Part shown: positions 46,508 through 55,854 of the stretch, one piece after another
Numbering within the stretch: the stretch's first letter is position 1
How the letters are laid out: each line of letters opens with the position of its first letter
Assembly (NCBI GenBank): GCA_020725425.1
Contig: DYFA01000008.1
Location: 27,993 to 91,992, forward strand
From: Aneurinibacillus sp.
Lineage (GTDB): Bacteria; Bacillota; UBA5301; DYFA01
Reading direction: 5' to 3'
DNA length: 64,000 bases
Translations under genes and position numbers: made by a program
Notes under the pieces: generated by a model
Seen by the model: only the letters and a program-made list of their open reading frames with translations
Database searches by the model: none
What the model was told of the DNA's origin: nothing

Positions 46508-46702
46508 ATGAACGTCACGCTGAACTTCCTGGTTGCCTTCTTCTTCGTTTACGTGCTGTTCAAGGCGTATCTGTTCTACCGCCTCCATCTGGCCCTGCGC
46601 AAGCTTGCGAACAAGCAGAAGGCCCTGAAGAACCTCCCCTCCTTCGACGCCACGCGCCAGCGGGACGATTCCTCGGGCCCTCCCCGATCAAGTGAGCTTT
46701 AG
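46508..46702 (+). CDS. Possible small membrane protein (64 aa)
   Basis: ATG preceded by ACGGGGGG. N-terminal TM-like LNFLVAFFFVYVLFKAYLFY, then a basic stretch. Lower GC and an un-GC-like codon pattern. It lies in an otherwise empty gap between flgF and mreB. Confidence 0.3.
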   Translation: MNVTLNFLVAFFFVYVLFKAYLFYRLHLALRKLANKQKALKNLPSFDATRQRDDSSGPPRSSEL

Positions 46703-46745
46703 TCTCTGACTCCCCGGCCGATACGGCCTGACAGGCCAACGGGCC

Positions 46746-47759
46746 TCAGCCTGTCTTGCTCGCCCAAATGGTGCTGGAGAGGCCGCCCACGCCTTCGAGC
46801 ACCCGGCCTGTCCCCAGCGCCACGCAGGACTGCGGGTCGTCCGCCACGAAGACCGGAATGCCGCCGGTTTCGTCGCTGAGCAGGCGGTCCAGGCCGCGGA
46901 GCAGGGCTCCGCCGCCGGTCAGGATGATCCCCTTCTCGAAGATGTCCGCCGCCAGCTCCGGCGGGGTCTTCTCCAGGACCCCCTTCACGCAGTCCACCAC
47001 GGCGCTGACCGGCTCCTGCAATGCTTGAAACGCCTCTTCCGAAGAATAGGTGATGATGCGGGGCAGGCCCGTCATCAGATCCCTTCCCTTGACCTCCATC
47101 TCGAGGTGCGGGGTGTGCCGGTAAGCCGTCCCCACCTGCAGCTTGATCTCCTCCGCCGTCCGCTCCCCCACCATCAGGTTGTAGACCTTGCGGATGTGGC
47201 GGGCGGTCGCCTCGTCGAACTTGTCCCCCGCCACCCGGAGCGACTCGCCGACCACGATCCCGCCGAGGGAGATCACCGCTACGTCCGAGGTCCCACCGCC
47301 GATATCCACCACCATGTTGCCCGAGGGCTCGGCGATGGGCAGACCGGCCCCGATGGCCGCCGCCATCGGCTCCTCGATGATGCACACCTGCTTCGCCCCG
47401 GCTTCCAGCGCGGCGTCCCGGACCGCCCGCCGCTCGACGCTGGTGACCGAGGCCGGCACAGAGACCGCCACCCGGGGCTTGAAGAACCGGCTGCGGCCGC
47501 AGACTTTCCGGATGAAGTGCTGCAGCATCGCCCGGGTGTGGTCGTAGTCGGCGATGACCCCTTCCCGAAGGGGGCGGACAGCCTGGATGTGCCCTGGAGT
47601 GCGGCCGATCATCTGCCGCGCCTCTTCGCCTACAGCGAGAATCTGGCCCGAGTCAGTGGAAACCGCCACCACCGACGGCTCCCGGACAACTATCCCCCGC
47701 CCGCGGACATAGACGAGGATGGTGGCTGTCCCTAGATCGATTCCGATGTCCAACGCCAT
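46746..47759 (-). CDS. mreB: Rod-shape-determining actin homologue MreB/Mbl
   Basis: MALDIGIDLGTATILVYVRGRGIVVREPSVVA..., full MreB length (337 aa). Start refined to the ATG at 47757-47759 with GGGGGAGG 6 nt upstream. The long ORF-track N-extension was rejected. Confidence 0.9.
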   Translation of the reverse strand: MALDIGIDLGTATILVYVRGRGIVVREPSVVAVSTDSGQILAVGEEARQMIGRTPGHIQAVRPLREGVIADYDHTRAMLQHFIRKVCGRSRFFKPRVAVSVPASVTSVERRAVRDAALEAGAKQVCIIEEPMAAAIGAGLPIAEPSGNMVVDIGGGTSDVAVISLGGIVVGESLRVAGDKFDEATARHIRKVYNLMVGERTAEEIKLQVGTAYRHTPHLEMEVKGRDLMTGLPRIITYSSEEAFQALQEPVSAVVDCVKGVLEKTPPELAADIFEKGIILTGGGALLRGLDRLLSDETGGIPVFVADDPQSCVALGTGRVLEGVGGLSSTIWASKTG

Positions 47760-47878
47760 GGATTGCCTCCCCCCGTCGGGAAACCCATAAAAAAAGGAAC
47801 AAGCTGCCGGTACTGTTTTCCACGCCGGCAGACAAATTCCTTTTCCATTTCCATCCGGGCAGTTGGGGGGCTGGCGAG

Positions 47879-48133
47879 TCACGAGGCCTTCCGGCGGTAC
47901 TTGCGGCGGGTCGCTTCCCCGCCCCGGATGTGCCGCTCCGCCTTGTTGTTCTCCAGGACGCGCTTGACCCGGCGGGCCAAGTCCCGGTTCACCCGCGGCA
48001 GGCGTTCCGTCATGTCCTTGTGGATGGTGCTCTTCGAGACGTCGAAAACCTCGGCGGCTTGCCGTACGGTGGCTTTGGTGTTCAGGATGTAGGTCCCAAC
48101 CTCCAGGACCCGGCGCCGGATGTAGTCCCGCAT
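47879..48133 (-). CDS. spoIIID: Stage III sporulation transcription factor SpoIIID
   Basis: MRDYIRRRVLEVGTYILNTKATVRQAAEVFDVSKSTIHKDMTERLPRVNRDLARRVKRVLENNKAERHIRGGEATRRKY is near-colinear with B. subtilis SpoIIID. ATG at 48131-48133 with GAGGGGG 8 nt upstream. Confidence 0.9.
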   Translation of the reverse strand: MRDYIRRRVLEVGTYILNTKATVRQAAEVFDVSKSTIHKDMTERLPRVNRDLARRVKRVLENNKAERHIRGGEATRRKYRRKAS

Positions 48134-48141
48134 GCCACCAG

Positions 48142-48193
48142 CCCCCTCGCACACGATTTGCTAAATCTATATGCGAGGGGGTGGGCGATATGA
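48142..48193 (-). promoter_or_regulatory. Perfect 10-bp inverted repeat (CCCCCTCGCA / TGCGAGGGGG, 20-nt AT-rich loop) containing the spoIIID Shine-Dalgarno and overlapping a σE-like promoter
   Basis: Read directly. In gene sense: ...tcATATCgcccaccccctcgCATATAgatttagcaaatcgtgtgCGAGGGGGctggtggcATG. Candidate -35 ATATC, 13-nt spacer, -10 CATATAGAT. The 3' arm carries GAGGGGG. Confidence 0.35.
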
Positions 48194-48205
48194 CGGCTGG
48201 CGGCT

Positions 48206-48934
48206 TCAGCCCTCAGGTAGCACGCCTTCCGGAGCCGGCGGCCGGTGGGCCTGGTCGCCCCGGTAGAGGGCGAAGTGGAGCGCTCCCGGCGCCCCCAACA
48301 CCCCCAGCGGCTGGCCCCGGGCGACCGTCTGGGACAAGCGCACCCGCACCTCGCCGGCGAAGCGGTACCGGGTCACCCATCCGCCGGGGTGTTGCACCGC
48401 CACTTCCCACCCTGCCGGCTCCCGTCCGTAGTCGGACCCGGCCGTCCGCACCTCGACCACTTTCCCGCCGGCCGCCGCCTCGATCGCCTGACCAGGGCGA
48501 CCGGCCAGATCAATCCCGGGGTGGAAGCGAAAATCCCCGAAGACCGGGTCCCGCCGCCAGCCGAAGCCGGCCGTCACCCGCCCGGCGAGGGGGAGTCGGA
48601 AGTCCGAGGCCGCTTGGAGGCTCTCCACCTGGGGCAGCCGGTCCGGCTGAGCCTGGGGGGCCCCGGCCGGCAGGGAGGCAGGTCCGGCCGGGGCGGCGTT
48701 CTCCCCCACCCCGACTGGCGCGGGAGTGACCGGCGCCGGCGCTGATGGCCCCGGCGCCCGCAACGGCCCGAGGAAGCCGGCCGCAAAGCCCGCGATGAAA
48801 CAGACCAGAGCGGCCGCCACCGCCCGGCGGTGCGCCGCGGCCCGGCGGAGCGCCCGCCCGCCTGCCGCCATCAGGTCGTAGCCGTGGCCGAAGAACGCCC
48901 GGAGTAGACGCTGCCGGTCGCGCATCGCCATCAC
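48206..48934 (-). CDS. M23/LytM-domain protein in the SpoIIQ-like position
   Basis: N-terminal TM (LVCFIAGFAAGFLG), Pro/Ala-rich linker, and a C-terminal LytM-like domain with HPGID. Confidence 0.7.
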   Translation of the reverse strand: MMAMRDRQRLLRAFFGHGYDLMAAGGRALRRAAAHRRAVAAALVCFIAGFAAGFLGPLRAPGPSAPAPVTPAPVGVGENAAPAGPASLPAGAPQAQPDRLPQVESLQAASDFRLPLAGRVTAGFGWRRDPVFGDFRFHPGIDLAGRPGQAIEAAAGGKVVEVRTAGSDYGREPAGWEVAVQHPGGWVTRYRFAGEVRVRLSQTVARGQPLGVLGAPGALHFALYRGDQAHRPPAPEGVLPEG

Positions 48935-48964
48935 CCGGACTTAGTCTCGCCAGAATCTTCCTGC

Positions 48965-49960
48965 CTATTCTTGGGAACGCTGAAAATCGTCCAGCTTCTG
49001 CAACACCGTGCCGGGATAGTAGTAGGAAAGAATCTCCCGGTAGGAGCGCCCCAGTTTGGCCAGCCCGTTGGCCCCGTACTGGCACAGCCCGACCCCGTGG
49101 CCGTTACCTATCGTCGTGATTTCGACTCCGCTGCCGCGCTGCCGCCAGGTGAACCGCGTGGAGCGGAGATCCAGCTTTGTCCGGAGTTCGACGCCGGAGA
49201 AGCGTTTCCCGCCCACCATGGCCTCCCGGACCCGTCCGGACACCCCGGTCTCCAGGATGACCATCGGCTCCCGCCCGGCCTTCCCCGCCAGCGCCGGGAC
49301 AGCTTCCAGACTGACACCCAAGCGCTGTTCGAGTTCGGCCCGGGTGAAGAGGCGCGTCTCAGAGTAACGAGGTGACTCCCGATCCCAACTGCATGGCACG
49401 GAGCGCAGGTAGGGCACGTAGGTGCCCCAGACGTCCTCGGAGTTCTCTGTGCGGCCCCCGCAGGTCGAGCTGTACACGGCCGCAATCGGCTGACCGTCGT
49501 AGGTGAGGATCTCCCCCCGCGTCTCCTCGACCGCCCGGGTGACCCGCCGCCAGAGCCGGAAGTACGGCCAGAAACCCCACTTGCGCCGCAGCTCGGAGGA
49601 GCTCGCCCAGGCCTGCCCCCGGCGGGGATCGGTGGAGATGTCCGCCTCCGGGTGCTCGGCGCACCCCATGCCGCCGTACTTGCGCATCACCCGCACCGTG
49701 TAGGTGCGGGCCGCCACCGCTTGCGCCTTCAGCGCCTCCGGCTCAAAGAGCGCCGGCACCTCGGCGGCCACCACTCCCACCAGGTAATCCTCGAGCGCCA
49801 GGGTGAGCGGCCCCTGGCCTTCCACCCAGACCGTCACTGTATCCTGGGGCTCGGCCGGGCGCCCCGGGCCGACCACTCCCAGCCACAGGACCAAAGCGAC
49901 CGGCACCCCGATCACCACGGCGAGGCAAAACCAGAGGACCGTCGACAGCGACAGGCGCAC
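48965..49960 (-). CDS. spoIID: Stage II sporulation protein D (lytic transglycosylase)
   Basis: ...YLVGVVAAEVPALFEPEALKAQAVAARTYTV...SSTCGGRTENSEDVWG... are the SpoIID hallmarks. GTG start with GGAGGGAG upstream. Confidence 0.9.
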   Translation of the reverse strand: MRLSLSTVLWFCLAVVIGVPVALVLWLGVVGPGRPAEPQDTVTVWVEGQGPLTLALEDYLVGVVAAEVPALFEPEALKAQAVAARTYTVRVMRKYGGMGCAEHPEADISTDPRRGQAWASSSELRRKWGFWPYFRLWRRVTRAVEETRGEILTYDGQPIAAVYSSTCGGRTENSEDVWGTYVPYLRSVPCSWDRESPRYSETRLFTRAELEQRLGVSLEAVPALAGKAGREPMVILETGVSGRVREAMVGGKRFSGVELRTKLDLRSTRFTWRQRGSGVEITTIGNGHGVGLCQYGANGLAKLGRSYREILSYYYPGTVLQKLDDFQRSQE

Positions 49961-50068
49961 CCTTCTCCCTCCGTTCCCGGCTTGTCTCCCGGAGGAAGCC
50001 TATGCGCCCGCCCCTGTGAATAGGACTCCTTTCTGACGCCGCCGAAGTCAAGAAGTCCACGGCCTAGC

Positions 50069-51370
50069 TCACGCGGTGTCGGCCTCCGGCAAGGGGACGT
50101 CCTGCCGCCCGACCGCCGCCCCGAGAAGGCGCAGGTTCTCCTCCAGGTTGGCGTAGCCCCGGTCCAGGTGGTGGACGTACCCGATCTCCGTCACTCCTCC
50201 TGCGGCCAGCCCCGCCACGACCAGCGCCGCCCCGCCGCGCAGGTCGGTCGCTTTCACCCGGGCCCCGCAGAGTTGCGGCACGCCGGCCACCTCGGCCATC
50301 CGCCCCTGCACCCTTACCTTCGCCCCCAGCCGGCGCAGCTCCTCAACGTGCCGGAACCGGTCCTCGAAGACGTTCTCCGTGATGACCGCCCTCCCCGAAC
50401 TCACTGCCATCAGCGCCATCCACGGCGGCTGCAGGTCGGTCGGGAAACCGGGATAGGGCAGGGTGATAATGTCGGCCGCCCGCGGGCACCCGTCGGAGCA
50501 CACGCGGAGAGTCTCGTTGCCACCCTCCCCGGTGCCGCTCTCGACCTGGATCTCCAGCCCCGCCTCCCGCGCCTTGGCGACCACTGGTTCCAGATGACGG
50601 CAAACCACGTTCTCGATGGTCACTTCCCCGCCAGCGGCCCCGGCGGCCATCAGGTAAGTTCCCGCCTCGATCCGGTCGGGGATGATGCGGTGGCGGCCGC
50701 CCTGCAGCTCCGGGACCCCTTCGATGCGGATCGTGTCGGTGCCGGCCCCCCGGACCCGGGCCCCGAGGGCGTTGAGGAAGGTGGCCAGGTCCACGATCTC
50801 CGGCTCCCGGGCAGCGTTCTCGATCACGGTGTTTCCTTCGGCCAGGGTGGCAGCCATCATTAGGTTTTCCGTCGCCCCTACGCTGGGAAAATCGAGGTAG
50901 ATCTCAGCGCCCCGGAGCCGCTCGGCGCGCGCCTCCACGTAACCGTAGCCGGCCACGACCTCGGCCCCCATGGCACTGAACCCTTTCAGGTGGAGGTCGA
51001 TGGGGCGCGCCCCGATGGCACACCCGCCGGGGAGAGCGATACGCGCCACTCCCTGCCGGGCGAGCAGCGGGCCCATCACCAGAAAGGAGGCGCGCATCCG
51101 GCGAACCAGCTCGTAGGGGGCCTCGCTGTTCACCAGTTCGGCGGTGGTCAGAGTCAGGGCTCCACCCGACTCGGTCTCGACCGCCGCCCCCAGGTGAACC
51201 AGCACTTCGAGCATGGTAGTCACGTCATCAAGGGTGGGCACCGCTTCGAGCTGCACTTTTCCCCCAGTCAACAGCGCTCCCGCCAGAACCGGGAGGGCGG
51301 CATTCTTCGCGCCCCCGATCCGAACTCGGCCGGACAGCTTCCGTCCTCCCTCGATGACGATCATCTCCAC
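50069..51370 (-). CDS. murA: UDP-N-acetylglucosamine 1-carboxyvinyltransferase
   Basis: VEMIVIEGGRKLSGRVRIGGAKNAALPVL aligns with B. subtilis MurAA [29 protein letters not shown]. The GTG start at 51370 was chosen over the ORF-track ATG at 51505, which adds 45 non-homologous residues. Confidence 0.9.
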   Translation of the reverse strand: MEMIVIEGGRKLSGRVRIGGAKNAALPVLAGALLTGGKVQLEAVPTLDDVTTMLEVLVHLGAAVETESGGALTLTTAELVNSEAPYELVRRMRASFLVMGPLLARQGVARIALPGGCAIGARPIDLHLKGFSAMGAEVVAGYGYVEARAERLRGAEIYLDFPSVGATENLMMAATLAEGNTVIENAAREPEIVDLATFLNALGARVRGAGTDTIRIEGVPELQGGRHRIIPDRIEAGTYLMAAGAAGGEVTIENVVCRHLEPVVAKAREAGLEIQVESGTGEGGNETLRVCSDGCPRAADIITLPYPGFPTDLQPPWMALMAVSSGRAVITENVFEDRFRHVEELRRLGAKVRVQGRMAEVAGVPQLCGARVKATDLRGGAALVVAGLAAGGVTEIGYVHHLDRGYANLEENLRLLGAAVGRQDVPLPEADTA

Positions 51371-51498
51371 CCGGCGTCCGCCCCCTTCCCTGTTTCCTGC
51401 CCTAGCCTTGCCAGGATTTCCCGTGGTATGCGTCGCGGGCTCCGGCCGCGGACGATGGATAATTCTGCCGCGCCGGGAGAAAATTGAGGCACGACCCC

Positions 51499-51528
51499 TT
51501 GACAATCGGAAACGAAGGGCTATATTAT
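51499..51528 (+). promoter_or_regulatory. σA-type promoter of groES-groEL (TTGACA, 16-17 bp spacer, TATATTAT)
   Basis: cTTGACAatcggaaacgaagggcTATATTATca read directly, immediately upstream of CIRCE. Confidence 0.55.
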
Positions 51529-51538
51529 CAGAATTGGT

Positions 51539-51589
51539 TTAGCACTCTCCCCCGTCGAGTGCTAAGCACTCTTCAAGGGGAAGTGCTAA
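51539..51589 (+). promoter_or_regulatory. CIRCE operator (HrcA site) TTAGCACTC-N9-GAGTGCTAA, plus an overlapping second near-copy TAAGCACTC-N9-AAGTGCTAA
   Basis: The first repeat (51539..51565) is a perfect match to the CIRCE consensus. The second (51563..51589) shares 3 nt with it. Confidence 0.85.
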
Positions 51590-51620
51590 GAGTTTCGTGG
51601 CAGAAGGAGGTGTGGTCTGC

Positions 51621-51899
51621 ATGATCAAGCCGCTCGCGGACCGGGTTGTGGTGAAGGTCCTCTCCCAGGAGGAGGTCACCAGTGGGGGGATCGTCCTGCC
51701 GGATACCGCCAAGGAGAAGCCCCAGGAGGGCGAGGTGGTGGCGGTGGGGCCGGGCAAGTACGAGGACGGCAAGCTCGTGCCCATGACCGTAAAGGTCGGG
51801 GAGAAGGTCATCTTCTCCAAGTACGGCGGAACCGAAGTCAAAATCGACGGAGAGGAGTACCTCATCCTGCGGGAGAGCGACATCCTCGCAATCAAGTAG
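51621..51899 (+). CDS. groES: Co-chaperonin GroES
   Basis: [45 protein letters not shown].... AGGAGG lies 10 nt upstream of the ATG at 51621. The ORF-track start at 51597 was rejected. Confidence 0.95.
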   Translation: MIKPLADRVVVKVLSQEEVTSGGIVLPDTAKEKPQEGEVVAVGPGKYEDGKLVPMTVKVGEKVIFSKYGGTEVKIDGEEYLILRESDILAIK

Positions 51900-51936
51900 C
51901 CAATTCTGATCTTCTGCAAAAAGGGGGTAACAGTGG

Positions 51937-53556
<1,620 letters not shown>

Positions 53557-53580
53557 TCCATAGACCCCAGGACAGACGAG

Positions 53581-53615
53581 GGTCCCGGGTACGTCCGCAA
53601 GCGTAACCCGGGACC
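53581..53615. terminator. Bidirectional intrinsic-terminator-like hairpin between convergent groEL and cytochrome genes
   Basis: GGTCCCGGGT-acgtccgcaagcgta-ACCCGGGACC (10-bp stem) followed by ttctctctgactatttcg. Confidence 0.5.
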
Positions 53616-53635
53616 TTCTCTCTGACTATTTCGTC

Positions 53636-55006
53636 CTATTTCGTCTTCGCCTCGAACTCGGCCAGGTTCTTCTCGGACGTGGTCAGCAGGTACTCGCTGC
53701 CCCACGGGTTGTGGATGCCCTTCGACTTCTCGGCCTCGGCCAGGTGCAGGGCGGTGTTCACCGGGTCGATGAGGGCCTTCAGAGCGGTGATGTCCACGCC
53801 CTTCGCCTTAAGCTCGTCGAGCTTCTTCTGAGCGGCGGCGAGGCGAGGCAGCAAGGTCTCGAGCCGGTGCTCGGTCTTCTCCTGGATCTCCTTGATCTCT
53901 TCAGCAGTCATGCCGGCGTGGCAGCTACCGCAGGAGTCAGCCACGACGTCCTTGCCTTTGGACTTGTAGGTGAAGGTCGGGGTGCCGGCCTTGAAGAAGT
54001 GCGTGCCGCTCGGCATGTGGCAGTCGATGCACTTCACGACCTTCTTGACTGCCGGGATGTTCAGGCCCGGGATCGGGCTGCCGTCAGAGTTCTTGCCGGT
54101 GAGCATCTCGGTCTGAGGATGGTGCGGCGAGGAGCCGAGCTGGATCTTGCTCGAGGAGACGTGGCACTGCGTACAGGTCGTCTGCTCGTCCTTGCGGAGC
54201 TGAGCCTTGAAGCCGGTGACCTTGTGCGGGTCGTGGCAGACCACGCAGGTGATGCCCACCCGGTCGTTCTTCAGGTCACCGGTCTTGAACCGCTCGGCGT
54301 CCGGTTTCTTGTCCGCCGGCGCCAGGATCCAGGTGGCCGAGTGGCACCGGATGCAGTTGGACTTGGCGTAGCGGTCCCAGTTCTCCTTGTTCGGGTTCTC
54401 CTGGGTCCCCAGGGCCTTCAGGAAGATGCCCGGGTGGCCCGTGGTGGCCATCTGACCGACTTGGCGCTCCCCGCCGTGGCAGGGCTCGCAGCCGTTGTTG
54501 CTCAGGTCCACCTTGATCTTGGTCTTGTCGCCGGTCGAGGCGTGCTCGGCCCCGGGGCCGTGGCAGCTTTCGCAGCCGACGCCCAGGTCAGCCCAGGACT
54601 TGGACTGCTTGTCGTAGCCCACCGTGTGGCACTCGGCGCAGCCTGCGTTCCAGGGAGTCGGTCGCTCGCTGTAGGACCACTTCTTGGCCTCCGAGTTCCA
54701 GCCGCCCGGGAGGAAGCTGAAGTCCTTCCGCAGGTAGTACTGGGAGGCGCCGTAGCCGAGGGTGTAGGCGACGTCCTCCGCCTTGAACTTGGTGTTCGCC
54801 TCAAAGTTGCCCAGGATGGCGCCGGGTACCCTGGCGTCCTGAATGATCTTGGCGTGTCCGGTGGCCTTCCAGTCGACGTACTGTTGCTGGTGGCACGTGC
54901 CGCAGGTCGCAGAGCCGACGTACTTCGCATCAGCAGCCAGAACTGCGCCTGCAACCCCGATCAGCAGCAACGACGTCAGAAGACAGATCAGCGTAAGCTT
55001 CTTCAT
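53636..55006 (-). CDS. Secreted multiheme c-type cytochrome (nine CXXCH motifs)
   Basis: Signal peptide MKKLTLICLLTSLLLIGVAGAVLA. Heme motifs CGTCH, CAECH, CESCH, CEPCH, CIRCH, CVVCH, CTQCH, CIDCH, CGSCH. Start set at the ATG at 55006, which has AGGAGGT at a 7-nt spacer; the ATG at 55012 sits too close to the SD. Confidence 0.85.
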   Translation of the reverse strand: MKKLTLICLLTSLLLIGVAGAVLAADAKYVGSATCGTCHQQQYVDWKATGHAKIIQDARVPGAILGNFEANTKFKAEDVAYTLGYGASQYYLRKDFSFLPGGWNSEAKKWSYSERPTPWNAGCAECHTVGYDKQSKSWADLGVGCESCHGPGAEHASTGDKTKIKVDLSNNGCEPCHGGERQVGQMATTGHPGIFLKALGTQENPNKENWDRYAKSNCIRCHSATWILAPADKKPDAERFKTGDLKNDRVGITCVVCHDPHKVTGFKAQLRKDEQTTCTQCHVSSSKIQLGSSPHHPQTEMLTGKNSDGSPIPGLNIPAVKKVVKCIDCHMPSGTHFFKAGTPTFTYKSKGKDVVADSCGSCHAGMTAEEIKEIQEKTEHRLETLLPRLAAAQKKLDELKAKGVDITALKALIDPVNTALHLAEAEKSKGIHNPWGSEYLLTTSEKNLAEFEAKTK

Positions 55007-55265
55007 TCTCATACCTCCTTCTCAGGTTGTCGACATTCGCGTTGCGGCTGCTTTTACCCGCTCATCTCCTCCCTTCCGGTAAAAGGGTTCTAGGTCGATA
55101 CTGGCATTCCTGCCAAAACGTGGCCATACGGGTCAAGTCCCGGAATTGGCGAGCGCGAAGAACCGCTGCAGATCAGGCGCGCTCTCCCTGAAGAGCCTGG
55201 TCCATGCGGTTTCGAGCGGGCGCCTCAAGTGTTCCCGGTTCCAGGGACAGACCTCTTGGCAGGCT

Positions 55266-55354
55266 CGGCAGGTGCCACACCCTCTCCGAGAGGCCCGGAA
55301 CGGACGTTCTGGAGCCGACCAGACCCCGCAACATCTACGTGCGGCACCTGCCGA
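55266..55354. other. 12-bp perfect inverted repeat (TCGGCAGGTGCC ... GGCACCTGCCGA) enclosing 66 nt, in the ~460-nt gene-free leader upstream of the cytochrome gene
   Basis: Arms at 55265-55276 and 55343-55354, read directly. No convincing ORF in the 55013..55473 region on either strand. Confidence 0.3.
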
Positions 55355-55473
55355 GCGGCCGGGAGACCCGGATCACCGAGGAGACGGACAACAGAAATCC
55401 TGACTGGACGGGGCTCCCTTGCCCGCTGTGCACCTGACGCCGCCGACCGGCCGCCGGCAGGGCGCGGCCTTCG

Positions 55474-55740
55474 CTAATCGTGCCGGTAGTCGTGATGGTC
55501 GTGGGGCGCCTTTCCGCCGAAGACATCCCGGTACGCCTGCGCCTGATCGGGGTCGATCATCAGCAGGGCCCGGAACTCTTCGGCGACGTGGTGCCGCTCC
55601 TCGTTGGCGATATGGTGGAACAGATCCCGGATCTGGGGATACGGGGTCTCCCGGGCGAACATCTCGTACTCGCTGATCGCTGCCAGCTCTCCCCTTAGCG
55701 CCGTCCGCAGGTTCTCCGCCGTCCGCCATGCCTCGCTCAC
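55474..55740 (-). CDS. Small ferritin-like / rubrerythrin-family protein with His-rich C-terminus
   Basis: 88 aa. ELAAISEYEMFARETPYPQIRDLFHHIANEERHHVAEEF has E...EY and EExxH spacing reminiscent of diiron or ferritin-like sites. C-terminal HDHHDYRHD. Confidence 0.5.
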   Translation of the reverse strand: MSEAWRTAENLRTALRGELAAISEYEMFARETPYPQIRDLFHHIANEERHHVAEEFRALLMIDPDQAQAYRDVFGGKAPHDHHDYRHD

Positions 55741-55854
55741 GGTTCATTCACCTCCGCCGCTTTGGGCCATCGGCCCCGATGGCACCTGCCCCATCTTATG
55801 ACGGAGGCACACGCCTCGCCACTCGCCCCGCATATCTCGGTTCAGGCCAGCTCC

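Noticed and set aside
47760-48152. ORF-track N-terminal extensions of mreB (to 48152), murA (to 51505), the tandem-NBD ABC ATPase (to 59936), the LpxB-like gene (to 11176), lpxC (to 17840), the OMP-like gene (to 27338) and groES (51597)
   Set aside because: The extensions overlap neighbouring genes, lack ribosome-binding sites, and add non-homologous residues. Internal ATG/GTG/TTG codons with GGAGG-like sites restore canonical N-termini (MreB MALDIGIDLG, MurA VEMIVIEGG, Gro[10 protein letters not shown], and so on).
49961-50068. σE-type promoter upstream of spoIID
   Set aside because: The best candidates (ctATTCA-N12-CATAGGCT; TTGACT with no -10 at 17 bp) deviate too much from the consensus to call without transcription-start data.
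55474-55740. Encapsulated-ferritin (EncFtn) cargo plus encapsulin nanocompartment
   Set aside because: The EExxH/EY spacing is suggestive, but no encapsulin shell gene of about 260-300 aa follows on either side. A standalone ferritin-like protein is the conservative call.
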